DNA from: an uncultured archaeon
Lineage (GTDB): Archaea; Asgardarchaeota; Thorarchaeia; Thorarchaeales; Thorarchaeaceae
DNA length: 22,273 nucleotides
Direction of reading: 5' to 3'
Assembly: GCA_964473825.1 (NCBI GenBank)
Contig: CAYYQL010000040.1
Coordinates: 1 to 22,273 of the forward strand
Shown here: piece by piece, positions 1-9,456 of the stretch
Numbering within the stretch: the first letter of the stretch is position 1
How the letters are laid out: every line of letters starts with the position of its first letter
Made by a program: the position numbers and the translations under genes
The notes under the pieces: model-generated
What the model was told of the DNA's origin: nothing
The model's database searches: none
What the model saw: only the letters and a program-made list of their open reading frames with translations

Positions 1-268
1 GGTGATACCTAGGGTGTTTGTCTGGGTCTCCCAAGGCCACAATGACCACGGGTGATTGGGCCATGAAGCCGCCATAAGGATGCACATCAGCAAGTTTCTT
101 TCGAATCTTATCGTCCTGAACAACAATAAAGTGCCACGGTTGCTTGTTCGAGGCAGACGGTGACCATCTCCCCGCTGTGAGGACCTTATCTAATTTGTCT
201 TTCTCCACTGGCTTGTCTTCATACGCTCTTATACTTCTGCGATGTCTGATTGCTTCGTGAACGTCCAT
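1..268 (-). CDS. Nitroreductase family protein (N-terminal part; runs off the left edge)
   Basis: Not in the ORF track. Manual translation from ATG 268 (alternative in-frame ATG 274) gives MDVHEAIRHRRSIRAYEDKPVEKDKLDKVLTAGRWSPSASNKQPWHFIVV..., with the RRSIR and SPSASNxQPWxF FMN-nitroreductase motifs. Confidence 0.9.
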   Translation of the reverse strand, partial: MDVHEAIRHRRSIRAYEDKPVEKDKLDKVLTAGRWSPSASNKQPWHFIVVQDDKIRKKLADVHPYGGFMAQSPVVIVALGDPDKHPRYH

Positions 269-489
269 ATTCATCACTTCAGCATACCACCGCGGCAAAT
301 AAAGGTCTACGATATGGTATGTCTAGCGAAGTGTTTCTCGCACCCCCGAAAAATCCCAGAATTACCTTCGAAGACTAAATCATTGCCCTCGGTAGGTTGT
401 CCAGCGATTTGATCTGATGAATCTCCGGTGTCACCGTAATTGCTTCCAGTAGCATAAGGGTGAAAAGGACGGCTACTATTATATAAGCC

Positions 490-843
490 ATGAAATACCT
501 GTTCATTCTGGATGGGGCGCCATATGGTTCAGAGAAGACGTATAATGCACTACGATTAATCATGAGCCTCATGAAAAACGGGCAAGACCCAGATATACGC
601 ATTTTTCTTCTGGGGGATGCGACAGTTTCAGCCGTACACGGTCAGAAAACTCCGGACGGTTTCTATAATCTGGAACGCATGCTTAGGGGAATTTTGACCA
701 AGAAAGCTGTTGTGAAAGCTTGTGGTACCTGCCTTGATGCCCGAGGTATCGGTGAGGAGCTGCTTATCAGAGGTGTTAGACGAGGCACCATGAATGAACT
801 CGCATCTTGGACTGCCGATTCTGATAGGGTACTCACGTTTTGA
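490..843 (+). CDS. DsrE/DsrF-like (YchN-type) sulfur-relay family protein
   Basis: 117 aa with GAPYGSE, FLLGDAT, CGTCLDARG and a C-terminal DRVLTF, all typical of DsrE/YchN. Confidence 0.88.
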   Translation: MKYLFILDGAPYGSEKTYNALRLIMSLMKNGQDPDIRIFLLGDATVSAVHGQKTPDGFYNLERMLRGILTKKAVVKACGTCLDARGIGEELLIRGVRRGTMNELASWTADSDRVLTF

Positions 844-1012
844 CCATAAGTGCCGATGGACGACTATCAGGTAGCTTGATAGATCCCTGCAGATCTGAGT
901 TCATTCGAAACGATATGGAAGAGAGCGGACCCAGAAACTGATCCTATGTCATGATGACAAACCTAAAAGGAACACATGAAACCGCCCATTGTAATTCGAA
1001 GGTGACCTCTCG

Positions 1013-2452
1013 TTGCTGGTCAAGACAGACAGAAAGGAGCTCATCAGCGTTGGCGTTGATATCGGCTCATCCACATCACATGTGATCTTCAGTCGAATCA
1101 CGCTGGAGAAGGACAGGATGAGCCGCAGTGAGAAGTTTGAGATTGCCGACAGAGAAGTGCTCCATTCGGGCAAGATCCATCTGACGCCGTTCTCAGATCC
1201 CGATACCATCGATTTCGAGCGACTTGAGCACCTCCTCCTAGTGGACTACAAACTAGCTGGCTTCAAGGTTTCCGAGATAGACACGGGGGCAGTCATCGTG
1301 ACAGGAGAAACAGCGAAGAAGCAGAATGCAGCCGAGATAGTCAATGCACTCGCTGGAGAAGCCGGCAGGTTCGTTTCTGCAACAGCTGGCCCGAACTTCG
1401 AGGCCGTACTGGCGGCTCATGGATCAGGATCTGTTTCGAGGTCGGAACGAACGGGGGAGACCGTGATGAACATCGATATTGGTGGCGGGTCATCCAATAT
1501 TGCAATATGCTCACACGGGCGGGTCATCGATACCTCAGCCATAAACGTCGGAGGTCGGCTCGTGGCCTTTGATGAGGATAATGTCATTACAAGACTCGAA
1601 AATACAGGCCGAGCTGTTGCACAGCTCATGGGTCTCAATCTGAAACTAGGAGGAGTCCTCACGGAGAGTGAAAAGCAGCTCCTAGCTGATATTCTAGCAT
1701 CAGCACTTATTGAAGCGATGATAGGAAATACCACGGATCTCGCCGTTAGTCTTCTTATGATGACAGAGCCCCTGAAGGAACTCGAAAGCATTAATGTGGT
1801 GACTCTCTCGGGCGGTGTTGCAGAGTTCATCTATGGTGAAGAGACCCGCAATTTCGGAGACCTTGGTCCACACCTTGCTGCAGCGATTAAGTCTAAGATC
1901 TTATCCAACGGATTCAGACTGGAGAGGCCGGAGCACCGGATACGCGCCACAGTCATCGGCGCAGGTCAGTGTAGTCTGCAGGTGAGCGGCTCAACAACTT
2001 TTCTCTCATCGGGTATCAGCTATCCCCTACGCAACCTGCCCGTTGTCGTTCCGCAGATCCCAAGAGGCAATGGTGGCGCAGATTCAGTCAGAGATGCAAT
2101 TCGTGATGCGTTGATACGGTTTGACCTGCAGGAGGGAGAAGACGATCTCATTCTTGCATTTCAGGACGCTGTTCGCCCGTCATACGAACGACTCACAGAG
2201 TTCTCCAAGGGTGTTGTGCAAGCCCTCCCCAAAACCGTGGACAGTGGGCGACCAATCATGATGTGTTTCGACACCGATGTTGGTAATAGCGTCGGCAATG
2301 TTATGAAGCGCGAGACTGGTATACGGAACGAGATCTTGTCAATCGACGAGGTCCCCCTAAGAGAGGGAGACTTCATTGATATCGGTGAGCCTATCATCGA
2401 GGGTGTAGTAGTTCCAATCGTCGTCAAGACGTTGGTCTTTCAATCGAATTAG
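1013..2452 (+). CDS. eutA: Ethanolamine ammonia-lyase reactivating factor EutA-like (actin-like ATPase fold)
   Basis: Motifs SVGVDIGSSTSH, TGAVIVTGETAKKQNA, FVSATAGPNFE, NIDIGGGSSN, IRATVIGAG and C-terminal GDFIDIGEP...VVPIVVKTLVF. GGTGA RBS at 1001-1005 precedes the TTG start. Confidence 0.9.
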   Translation: MLVKTDRKELISVGVDIGSSTSHVIFSRITLEKDRMSRSEKFEIADREVLHSGKIHLTPFSDPDTIDFERLEHLLLVDYKLAGFKVSEIDTGAVIVTGETAKKQNAAEIVNALAGEAGRFVSATAGPNFEAVLAAHGSGSVSRSERTGETVMNIDIGGGSSNIAICSHGRVIDTSAINVGGRLVAFDEDNVITRLENTGRAVAQLMGLNLKLGGVLTESEKQLLADILASALIEAMIGNTTDLAVSLLMMTEPLKELESINVVTLSGGVAEFIYGEETRNFGDLGPHLAAAIKSKILSNGFRLERPEHRIRATVIGAGQCSLQVSGSTTFLSSGISYPLRNLPVVVPQIPRGNGGADSVRDAIRDALIRFDLQEGEDDLILAFQDAVRPSYERLTEFSKGVVQALPKTVDSGRPIMMCFDTDVGNSVGNVMKRETGIRNEILSIDEVPLREGDFIDIGEPIIEGVVVPIVVKTLVFQSN

Positions 2453-2481
2453 ACTATCAATCGCATCAGGGGTGTAGATGA

Positions 2482-3339
2482 GTGAATGAAGTGATTAGAC
2501 CTCTCACAGAGAAGGATGAGGAAGATGTCATAGAGATTGGCCGACAAGTGTGGGGTGGCCACGACTATGTTCCATCAACCTTCCATACTTGGCTTGAGGA
2601 TGAGCTTTCACACCCACAGGCAATCGAGATAGAGGGTACGGTTGTGTGCTTTGCAAACCTGCGAGTGATAGACGATGGACGAACTGCTTGGTTTGAGGGG
2701 CTGAGAACACACCCAGAATGGCGCGGGCAGGGGCTCGCTAGGAGAATAACCGAGCATCTCGCAGTGATTGCAGAGCAATTAGAAGTGGACAGGATACGCT
2801 ATACAACCGCGTCAACCAATGAAGCTTCTCTCAAGATAGCTCACCACATCGGAATGAAAGAACGTTATCGAATGCGGGTCACATGGTTTCATCTTGGGAA
2901 ACTAGAATCCCATCCTTCGTCGGGACTCAAGGGGGTTGGAACAGACAAAGTGATTCAGCTACTCTCAGATTGCCCATCACTCATACCAATGAACACCATC
3001 GTCTATGACTGGAAAGTCCTAGAAGCCAGTCCACAGGGAGTATTGCGCGCGGCCGAGTCCAATCGTTTCTGGTTATATGAAGGGGTAAAGCCATCGCTTT
3101 CACTCGGGAAACAGCGAAACGAAGACGATGGGGTTCTCTGGTGTTTCACAATCTACGCACTACAAGAGGGTGATTTTCTCCAGCATCTGAACATCCATAT
3201 CAAACATGCAAAAGACAAGGGCTATGCTGAGGGTATGGCCACCTACCAGCTGGAATTCTCCCGTGTCTTTTCCGAGCTAATTCCAGATGAGAACAATGAC
3301 CGCGGCAGAACCCTCGTTTGTCTGGACAGAGAGATATAG
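2482..3339 (+). CDS. GNAT family N-acetyltransferase with C-terminal extension
   Basis: Acetyl-CoA motif EGLRTHPEWRGQGLA and N.AS motif (TNEASLKI). Starts 29 nt after eutA. Confidence 0.85.
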   Translation: MNEVIRPLTEKDEEDVIEIGRQVWGGHDYVPSTFHTWLEDELSHPQAIEIEGTVVCFANLRVIDDGRTAWFEGLRTHPEWRGQGLARRITEHLAVIAEQLEVDRIRYTTASTNEASLKIAHHIGMKERYRMRVTWFHLGKLESHPSSGLKGVGTDKVIQLLSDCPSLIPMNTIVYDWKVLEASPQGVLRAAESNRFWLYEGVKPSLSLGKQRNEDDGVLWCFTIYALQEGDFLQHLNIHIKHAKDKGYAEGMATYQLEFSRVFSELIPDENNDRGRTLVCLDREI

Positions 3340-3642
3340 AATCTGCCTTCACTCTTTCCTTTGTAGTAGAAGCCATTTCTTCCCACTATCGCTAAACAGC
3401 GCGTTGGTTCACGTCACTGATGTAGCTGCACTCGCAAAACAAAGGCTGGCCTTTCAGGTCTGGCTTCTCAACACGCTATGATTTCTGAGAAACTACGGAG
3501 ATTCCTATTGCTACCCATAGCATATACTGCATCACGGAAATAGGAGAGGTTTCATTGTCTTAGAACGTCACCATTACAGATAGATCCCAAGATGCTACAT
3601 CCCTCATGGATCTATTGCAAGTGCTCGCTGGTTTCACTCAGA

Positions 3643-4581
3643 TTAGCTGGTCTTCATTCGTTGAAGTCCCTCTGCAATGGCTGTCTGAAAATCACCACCT
3701 AGTGTAATCAAGAGACGTGGTTCTTCCACTATGATGGCGAAACGATATACAACTCCGAAATTCTGATTGCTGAAATAGAAGTACTCCGGGGGATGAAGAA
3801 ACCTATCTTCCCATTCGGTGCAGAGCCTGTCGAAAGTCCTCTTTACTTCATCTATGTTGTAGGACATATGCACGTAGACGTCGAAGCTATACCGGTATAT
3901 CTCCTCACCCTTGGTCAAGTACTTGAAGCGGTCAATAGCTGCATCCATTCTACTCTCTGACGAGATGTCTCGGTGATATTCTTCACCGCGTTCCTTCAGA
4001 TAGTCATCAATACGAACCCGGTAATTGGTGACTCCTGACTCCACAACCTTGTTATTGGGTACGAGTGCTCGATTGAAATCGGGCTGCATGATTTTTGTGT
4101 AATTGAGTGTTATCTCAAGTACGATTCCTTCTGTGTCGCCGATTTTGACATAATCCCCCACTCGGAACGGGCGTGCTGCAAATACATACAGACCACTCAC
4201 AACATTTCCGAGTGCTCTTGAAGATGCGAGACCGATAGCAGAACCGAGTAGCGTCGATATGGCTATGGCTGCATCTCCCAATACCACATTTGTTGTAGAT
4301 AACACAGCAAGAAAGGCAATTACAAAGAATATCAATCGAACAATGAAGACCGTACCACCCATCGCTTCTTGCTGCATGCCAATCTTCTGTGCTGATATCT
4401 TGACACTTCTGACCACGATCAGATATACCACATATATCAGAATCAGGAATGGCACGATTGCAACCCATTCGGCATAGCCTCCCAGCCCGTAAGGAGAAAG
4501 GAAGCCTCGGATGTACTCCACGAACGTTCGGAAGAAGTCTATCGTCTGCATCTCATGCACGTGCCAATCAACAAGATTCAT
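3643..4581 (-). CDS. MscS family small-conductance mechanosensitive channel (true start may be ATG 4551)
   Basis: Three hydrophobic helices followed by NVVSG..F..RPFRVGDYVKIG..EG.V.EI and VPNNKV. Confidence 0.85.
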   Translation of the reverse strand: MNLVDWHVHEMQTIDFFRTFVEYIRGFLSPYGLGGYAEWVAIVPFLILIYVVYLIVVRSVKISAQKIGMQQEAMGGTVFIVRLIFFVIAFLAVLSTTNVVLGDAAIAISTLLGSAIGLASSRALGNVVSGLYVFAARPFRVGDYVKIGDTEGIVLEITLNYTKIMQPDFNRALVPNNKVVESGVTNYRVRIDDYLKERGEEYHRDISSESRMDAAIDRFKYLTKGEEIYRYSFDVYVHMSYNIDEVKRTFDRLCTEWEDRFLHPPEYFYFSNQNFGVVYRFAIIVEEPRLLITLGGDFQTAIAEGLQRMKTS

Positions 4582-4615
4582 GGCTCAAAAGAGTTTTGCA
4601 AAAGGACGTCATCAT

Positions 4616-5056
4616 TCAATGATAGTACCGGGGTTCCAAGTCCTCGAACCATGACGGAACTCTAGCATCGTCAACTCGGTCTGAAGTCGGCGTGTAGGGT
4701 TTTAGATCAAGGACTGGGGTCCCATCGCGGGCATCTATCCTGTCAATCATTATGCGTTTCTCTACGGGCTGTAGTTCCCTGAGAGCTACAACAGAATGAC
4801 CTATGGGATTAGGACGGCGTGGAGATCTACATGCAAAAACACCTGAACGTGCTGATGCCTGACCGCGGGCTGGTTTCGGAGTCACAATCAGAGTGCCTCG
4901 GCTCTCGGGATTATCGTGACCATCAATCCACCAGATCACAATCAGATGTGAGAACTTGTCCAAGTTCAGCGTTCCCTCCCAATACTCACTCTCTAGCAGG
5001 ATGAATGTCTCTTCACTTTCCTTCCTGACACGGCCAATCTCCGATAGCTCAATCAT
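4616..5056 (-). CDS. tsaA: TsaA/TrmO (UPF0066) SAM-binding tRNA methyltransferase family protein
   Basis: Signatures FSHLIVIWW, GVFACRSPRRPNPIG and DARDGTPVLDLKPY. Confidence 0.85.
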   Translation of the reverse strand: MIELSEIGRVRKESEETFILLESEYWEGTLNLDKFSHLIVIWWIDGHDNPESRGTLIVTPKPARGQASARSGVFACRSPRRPNPIGHSVVALRELQPVEKRIMIDRIDARDGTPVLDLKPYTPTSDRVDDARVPSWFEDLEPRYYH

Positions 5057-5214
5057 GATTCTATATCTCTACTTGCCAGTGAAGAGGTCTCCTATAATAT
5101 CCAGTAGGAATTGAGGAACAAGAGTTGCTCATTAGGAAGGGCTGAGAGGCATCCTATTGGATTCCCCTTCGAAAGAGTCGACTTGGATAGCTATGTATCT
5201 TCTGTTGATGTTCG

Positions 5215-5781
5215 CTAGCCGGGATAACGACCATAGAAGAGGATCTTATCAATCACGTGTCTTTCGCTTGATCTAGTGATTACCTCTTTGCCTTTTGCAA
5301 GAATCCTGTCGGATAGCTTCTCAACATCTCCCTCATAGCCAATCGCAATTAGAGAAACCACTCGAAAACTGTCGGGAATTTGGAGGACGGCCTTGACCTC
5401 ATTCTCCCGATACCCCGCCATCTGGTGGCTTTTCAGGCCTTGATGCTCAGCCTCAATCACCAGGCTCATGACGCTCATGCCTGCATCGTAAGCATAGTAT
5501 GGAATATCGTTTTTGTCACAGTCCGAGCTGGGTTTTGCCGTGACAGCCACCAAAAGAGCAGCTTTCTTTGCCCATCCATTACCTAAAGAGAGTGCTTTCT
5601 CAAGCGCCTCTCTGGTGTCATCATCTTTCTTGACAACAACAAATCGCCATGGCTGATTATTATAGCATGATGGTGCTTTTCGTGCGGCTTCAAAGATAGC
5701 TTCAATCTTCTCTTGTTCTACAGGGCGCCCGTCTATTATTGGCGGACTGTACCTACCTGTGATCTCCTGAAGAATCTCCAT
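5215..5781 (-). CDS. Nitroreductase family protein
   Basis: Motifs RYSP, EAARKAPSCYNNQPWRF, YDAG, GLKSHQMAG and IAIGY. Confidence 0.92.
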   Translation of the reverse strand: MEILQEITGRYSPPIIDGRPVEQEKIEAIFEAARKAPSCYNNQPWRFVVVKKDDDTREALEKALSLGNGWAKKAALLVAVTAKPSSDCDKNDIPYYAYDAGMSVMSLVIEAEHQGLKSHQMAGYRENEVKAVLQIPDSFRVVSLIAIGYEGDVEKLSDRILAKGKEVITRSSERHVIDKILFYGRYPG

Positions 5782-5996
5782 ACGGGGACCATTCTGTTAT
5801 ACCATTATAGGTATTTTCTAGCTAAGAACATATTATGAGATCCTATGTTTTACGAGACAGGGAATCTGATAGGACATTCTAGGCTGAGAACGCTTGCGCC
5901 AATCCATCCATAAACATCTGATGACGACACTGCAAGGAACATATATCATATTCTCCCCTTGATTTCAATGGTTGGATACTAGTTGAGCGTGGCTGA

Positions 5997-6479
5997 ATGA
6001 AAAGAAAGAAGGTCTCCGAATCGCGGACTACAACAACACAAGTTGTCTATCCAAACGATGTCAACAACAATGGTACACTGTATGGTGGAAGGTTACTGGA
6101 CTGGATAGATACAATAGGTGGTGTCGTTGCCAAGAGGCACTGCCGCTCTTCCGTGGTCACTGCTTCCATCGACTCACTCAGCTTTATCAATCCCATTCAT
6201 CAGCAGGATATTGTCAATCTTGAAGCTTGGATGAACTATGTTGGTCACTCATCTATGGAGGTGGAAGTTAGAGTCACTTCTGAGAATCCGTTCACCGCAG
6301 AAACCAGCAAGACTTGTAGGGCATTCATCACTTATGTTGCGATGGACGATGAAGGTGAACCAAGAGAAGTACCACGATTGATCCTAGAAACGGAAGAAGA
6401 CAAGAGAAATTACGCAATGGCAAAAGAAAGACGTGAGAATCGACTGAGCAGAAGACATCTCGAGCCCATTGAGTGGTAG
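5997..6479 (+). CDS. Acyl-CoA thioesterase (hotdog fold, YciA-type)
   Basis: Motifs PNDVNNNGTLYGGRLLDWID, VVTASID, VGHSSMEV and TYVAMDDEGEP. Confidence 0.93.
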   Translation: MKRKKVSESRTTTTQVVYPNDVNNNGTLYGGRLLDWIDTIGGVVAKRHCRSSVVTASIDSLSFINPIHQQDIVNLEAWMNYVGHSSMEVEVRVTSENPFTAETSKTCRAFITYVAMDDEGEPREVPRLILETEEDKRNYAMAKERRENRLSRRHLEPIEW

Positions 6480-6620
6480 ACCGATGGGTATATGCGAACC
6501 TATAAACGACAATGAGTGCGCGGAGGCAGAAATGTTGAAATCCACTTCGGTGAAGGCGATGACTGACGAATTTCATCTAAATGCAGTACCCACCCGAGTG
6601 CTTTTTGCAGCAATAGATAT

Positions 6621-7964
6621 TTGATAACTACACCTGGAAGGGGTCCGTCAAGCTTGATACAGCACTGGCTAGGAACTAACCCGATAGACATAGCCCTCAT
6701 AGAGGCAACGGTGGCATTCATCGTTCTTGTCACGATACTACTCCTCAGGTATTCCAAAGATACTAGTCTGAGACTCTGGACTCTTGGTTGGACTATCTAT
6801 ACCACTTCGTCTTTCGCGGGGGCGGTCCTCATCTCTGAGATCGTCAGTCCCGGCTTAGCGATTGCATTAGTGGGTTGTGTCGTGGGAACCACCCTGATTG
6901 TAGATGGATCACGAGGTGTGGTATGGGATGCATCGAAATCACTTCGTTACACGGCCGTCACAGCAATTGCTGCACTCTGGGGCCTATTTTCACTGTTTAT
7001 GGGACTAACACTCAGTCAGGCTTTCACGCCTGTCCAGATCTATCTTGGATGCGTCTGCATAGTATCTGCTAAGCAGCCCATTGAAGTTGATTTCAAGGCA
7101 GGCCTTGCCGCATACGGTACGGCTGCGGGCTTTGTTCTCCTCGCATTCTCATCGTTTGTATTCCCAATCTCGAACTTCTACCCGATCTTGAATCTCTATG
7201 CCCTTATTCAGGCTACAGCACTGATCACTATTGGAACGGGGCTCCTGAGTCTGCTTATACGAATCACCACTCACCGATTTGAGTCGCTGTATGCAATCGG
7301 ACAACTAACCGCGGGGGTTTTACAGCATGACATACGTAATTATATCCACATAGTCTCTAATGCAGTCAGTCTTGCCGGACAGGATTCTGAAGACGCCGAG
7401 CAGTGGCGTAAGATTGCCTCGGAAAGCCTCGAAGACGCAACCGAGTTTCTCGAGGAGATGAGAAAAGCCTCGATAGAACTGACTTCTTTCAAGGCGAAAC
7501 TTGTTCCGGTTGACATTGAAGAAGTAATCCAACGTGTGAGAAAGAATGTGATTCGAGAATACGCTCTGAATACTGAGCAGATAGTTGTATCCGTTCCCTC
7601 AAAGACCCTGGTTTTGAGCAACACAATTGTGAGAGAGCTGTTGTGGAACATACTTGATAATGCCTTCAAACATGGAGGGTCTCACATGAGAATTGCTTTT
7701 GTACAGTCGGATGATAGGCGAAAACTTGTCCTCTCTGACGACGCTGGTGGGATGTCTGAACAAGCGAAGCAGTTTATTAAGACCCAGCCCTTCGTAAGAG
7801 ACTCTCTTTCGCATGATGCCGGACTTGGGCTCACTCTGATCAGAGGTCTTGCGCCCTTATGTGGCATTGACATAGATATCGAGGACTATGTTGAGCAAGG
7901 AGTCCTGCTCGGTACGCGATATATCCTTTCGTTCAAGGAGTCAGGACTAGCTTCGTACACTTGA
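6621..7964 (+). CDS. Membrane sensor histidine kinase (~7 TM N-terminus, HisKA, HATPase_c); start may be TTG 6654
   Basis: H-box LQHDIRNY, N-box NILDNAFKHG, G1 SDDAGGM and G2 GLGLTLI. About seven hydrophobic segments lie in the first ~215 aa. Confidence 0.85.
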   Translation: MITTPGRGPSSLIQHWLGTNPIDIALIEATVAFIVLVTILLLRYSKDTSLRLWTLGWTIYTTSSFAGAVLISEIVSPGLAIALVGCVVGTTLIVDGSRGVVWDASKSLRYTAVTAIAALWGLFSLFMGLTLSQAFTPVQIYLGCVCIVSAKQPIEVDFKAGLAAYGTAAGFVLLAFSSFVFPISNFYPILNLYALIQATALITIGTGLLSLLIRITTHRFESLYAIGQLTAGVLQHDIRNYIHIVSNAVSLAGQDSEDAEQWRKIASESLEDATEFLEEMRKASIELTSFKAKLVPVDIEEVIQRVRKNVIREYALNTEQIVVSVPSKTLVLSNTIVRELLWNILDNAFKHGGSHMRIAFVQSDDRRKLVLSDDAGGMSEQAKQFIKTQPFVRDSLSHDAGLGLTLIRGLAPLCGIDIDIEDYVEQGVLLGTRYILSFKESGLASYT

Positions 7965-8025
7965 TTCAGAAACGCGGATTGACGCTGTGGTTTGAGAACT
8001 TGCACCCTTCAAGTCTGCGTTGCAT

Positions 8026-8496
8026 TCACGGACTTATCCGCTTCCGAGGATACCTCGATATCCTTCTCTGGAGCGTCTTTGTCCTCATCTCCAAAACAGA
8101 AGCAGCAGCTTCGAGAAAACGGAGTGGCGTTTCTTGGAGTATCTGCGCAAAGCCCTCAATATCGGTCTCGTCCAGCCTTGAGGATATTGGACAGAGAGAT
8201 AGGTACAACCTGCCGTCTGAATCTTGGTGAACCGGAAAGGCGCGACAACGAAACGGACGCACCTCATAGATTGAACAAGCGTTATCGTGAAGATACGGGC
8301 ATTCTCCTTTAGTCCCCCAATGTGTGATGAGGACATCGTTAGAGATTTTTTGAAAATGGTTCTCATAGCCCGCCTCAACAATCGCCTGAACCTCGTGACT
8401 GGTGGCTACAGCTCCGCCTAGTTTGCAACAGAGAGCTCCACAGACTGCACAGGTCCTACGGGGATTCTCATGGTTATCCGGCGTTGAATCACTCAT
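8026..8496 (-). CDS. YkgJ family CxxCxxCC cysteine-cluster (Zn/Fe-chelating) protein
   Basis: CAVCGALCC ... CPYL ... CSIYEVRPFRCRAFP ... LCP. Confidence 0.85.
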   Translation of the reverse strand: MSDSTPDNHENPRRTCAVCGALCCKLGGAVATSHEVQAIVEAGYENHFQKISNDVLITHWGTKGECPYLHDNACSIYEVRPFRCRAFPVHQDSDGRLYLSLCPISSRLDETDIEGFAQILQETPLRFLEAAASVLEMRTKTLQRRISRYPRKRISP

Positions 8497-8585
8497 GATA
8501 AACAGATCTCATTTCACCCATATCTTGCATCCCCGATGCATTCTCACGAATGGGCATGCCTGATATTGAATCTTTGCAGATGACT

Positions 8586-8627
8586 AAGAGAAAAAGAAAA
8601 GAGAGGGGCCATCGTTGAAGGAGGCCC
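8586..8627 (-). terminator. Probable terminator of the SSB gene
   Basis: Minus strand GGGCC-N12-GGCCC hairpin followed by the pyrimidine/U tract CTCTCTTTTCTTTTTCTCTT, about 50 nt after the SSB stop. Confidence 0.6.
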
Positions 8628-8677
8628 TAAGTAACTGCTGTTTGGTTTCCTGAAAGCAAAGGTAGCAATACTAGTTT

Positions 8678-9172
8678 CTAGTAGCTGCGGTCTCGCCGAC
8701 CGTAACTGCCACCGCCCCTGCGATCTCTGCCACCGCTTCTGCCACCATAACCGCCACCGCCACCGCGGCTTCCGCCGCCATAATTGCGCCGGCGTGGGTC
8801 ATCGTGCTCTTCGGCAGACATGTCAACTTCTTCATTGACCTCGTCTATGGCTTCTTCAGCTTCCTCCAGTTCACCGTATCGACCGATGTTCAGCTGGAGA
8901 TTGCCCTTGAAAAGACCAGTGTAGCCGTTCTTTAGCGTAAAGGTCTTTCCAACTTCAAGTTCGTCAATTGTGGCGTCCCAAAGGGGAACTCGAACTATTC
9001 CGGATTCGTCGCCAACAATTGCATCAGCAACACGGTGAGTTGATCCATCTTTACGGGATGAAACCTCTCGCGCATCACCGACATCCATGACTTTGAACTT
9101 GATTGTGACGTTCTTCATTCTAGGTTCTAGTTGGGCTATTGTAGCCTCAACAGGCTCTCTATCGTAGCTCAT
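8678..9172 (-). CDS. ssb: Single-OB-fold single-stranded DNA-binding protein (crenarchaeal/Asgard-type SSB) with Gly/Arg/Tyr-rich tail
   Basis: KNVTIKFKV, HRVADAIVGDESG.V.V.LW and IKNGY-like LKNGYTGLFKGNLQLNIGRYG match the archaeal SSB OB fold. The C-terminus is low-complexity RGG/YGG. Confidence 0.88.
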   Translation of the reverse strand: MSYDREPVEATIAQLEPRMKNVTIKFKVMDVGDAREVSSRKDGSTHRVADAIVGDESGIVRVPLWDATIDELEVGKTFTLKNGYTGLFKGNLQLNIGRYGELEEAEEAIDEVNEEVDMSAEEHDDPRRRNYGGGSRGGGGGYGGRSGGRDRRGGGSYGRRDRSY

Positions 9173-9456
9173 TGTTTATTCACTCATTTACTAATTGCAG
9201 GTCTATGAAGACTAGGGTGTTCTGTAACGGATTAGCATGAGAAAAGAAGAACTCAATGAACCCTCAACTAGAAGCGCCTGATTGTCTGTGTACCTGCAGG
9301 TTTGGCTGTGACAAGTTTGCTTATTACCTTGTCGCTTTGTCCAGATTCTGTATACTTAACTGCTAGGTACAATTTGATTTACCTGTCTGGCGAAACCAAA
9401 GTGGTCGGTGCTGCAACATTCCCTAAGGCACTGCTCTCGAAGTCTGTGGTCATCAT

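Noticed and set aside
3340-3642. 300-nt gap between GNAT and MscS with a small ATAGATCC/GGATCTAT inverted repeat
   Set aside because: No convincing ORF or RNA family; at most a terminator-like hairpin between convergent genes.
8690-8790. GCCACC/GCCGCC short repeats
   Set aside because: Explained by Gly/Arg codons of the SSB tail; not a repeat array or CRISPR.
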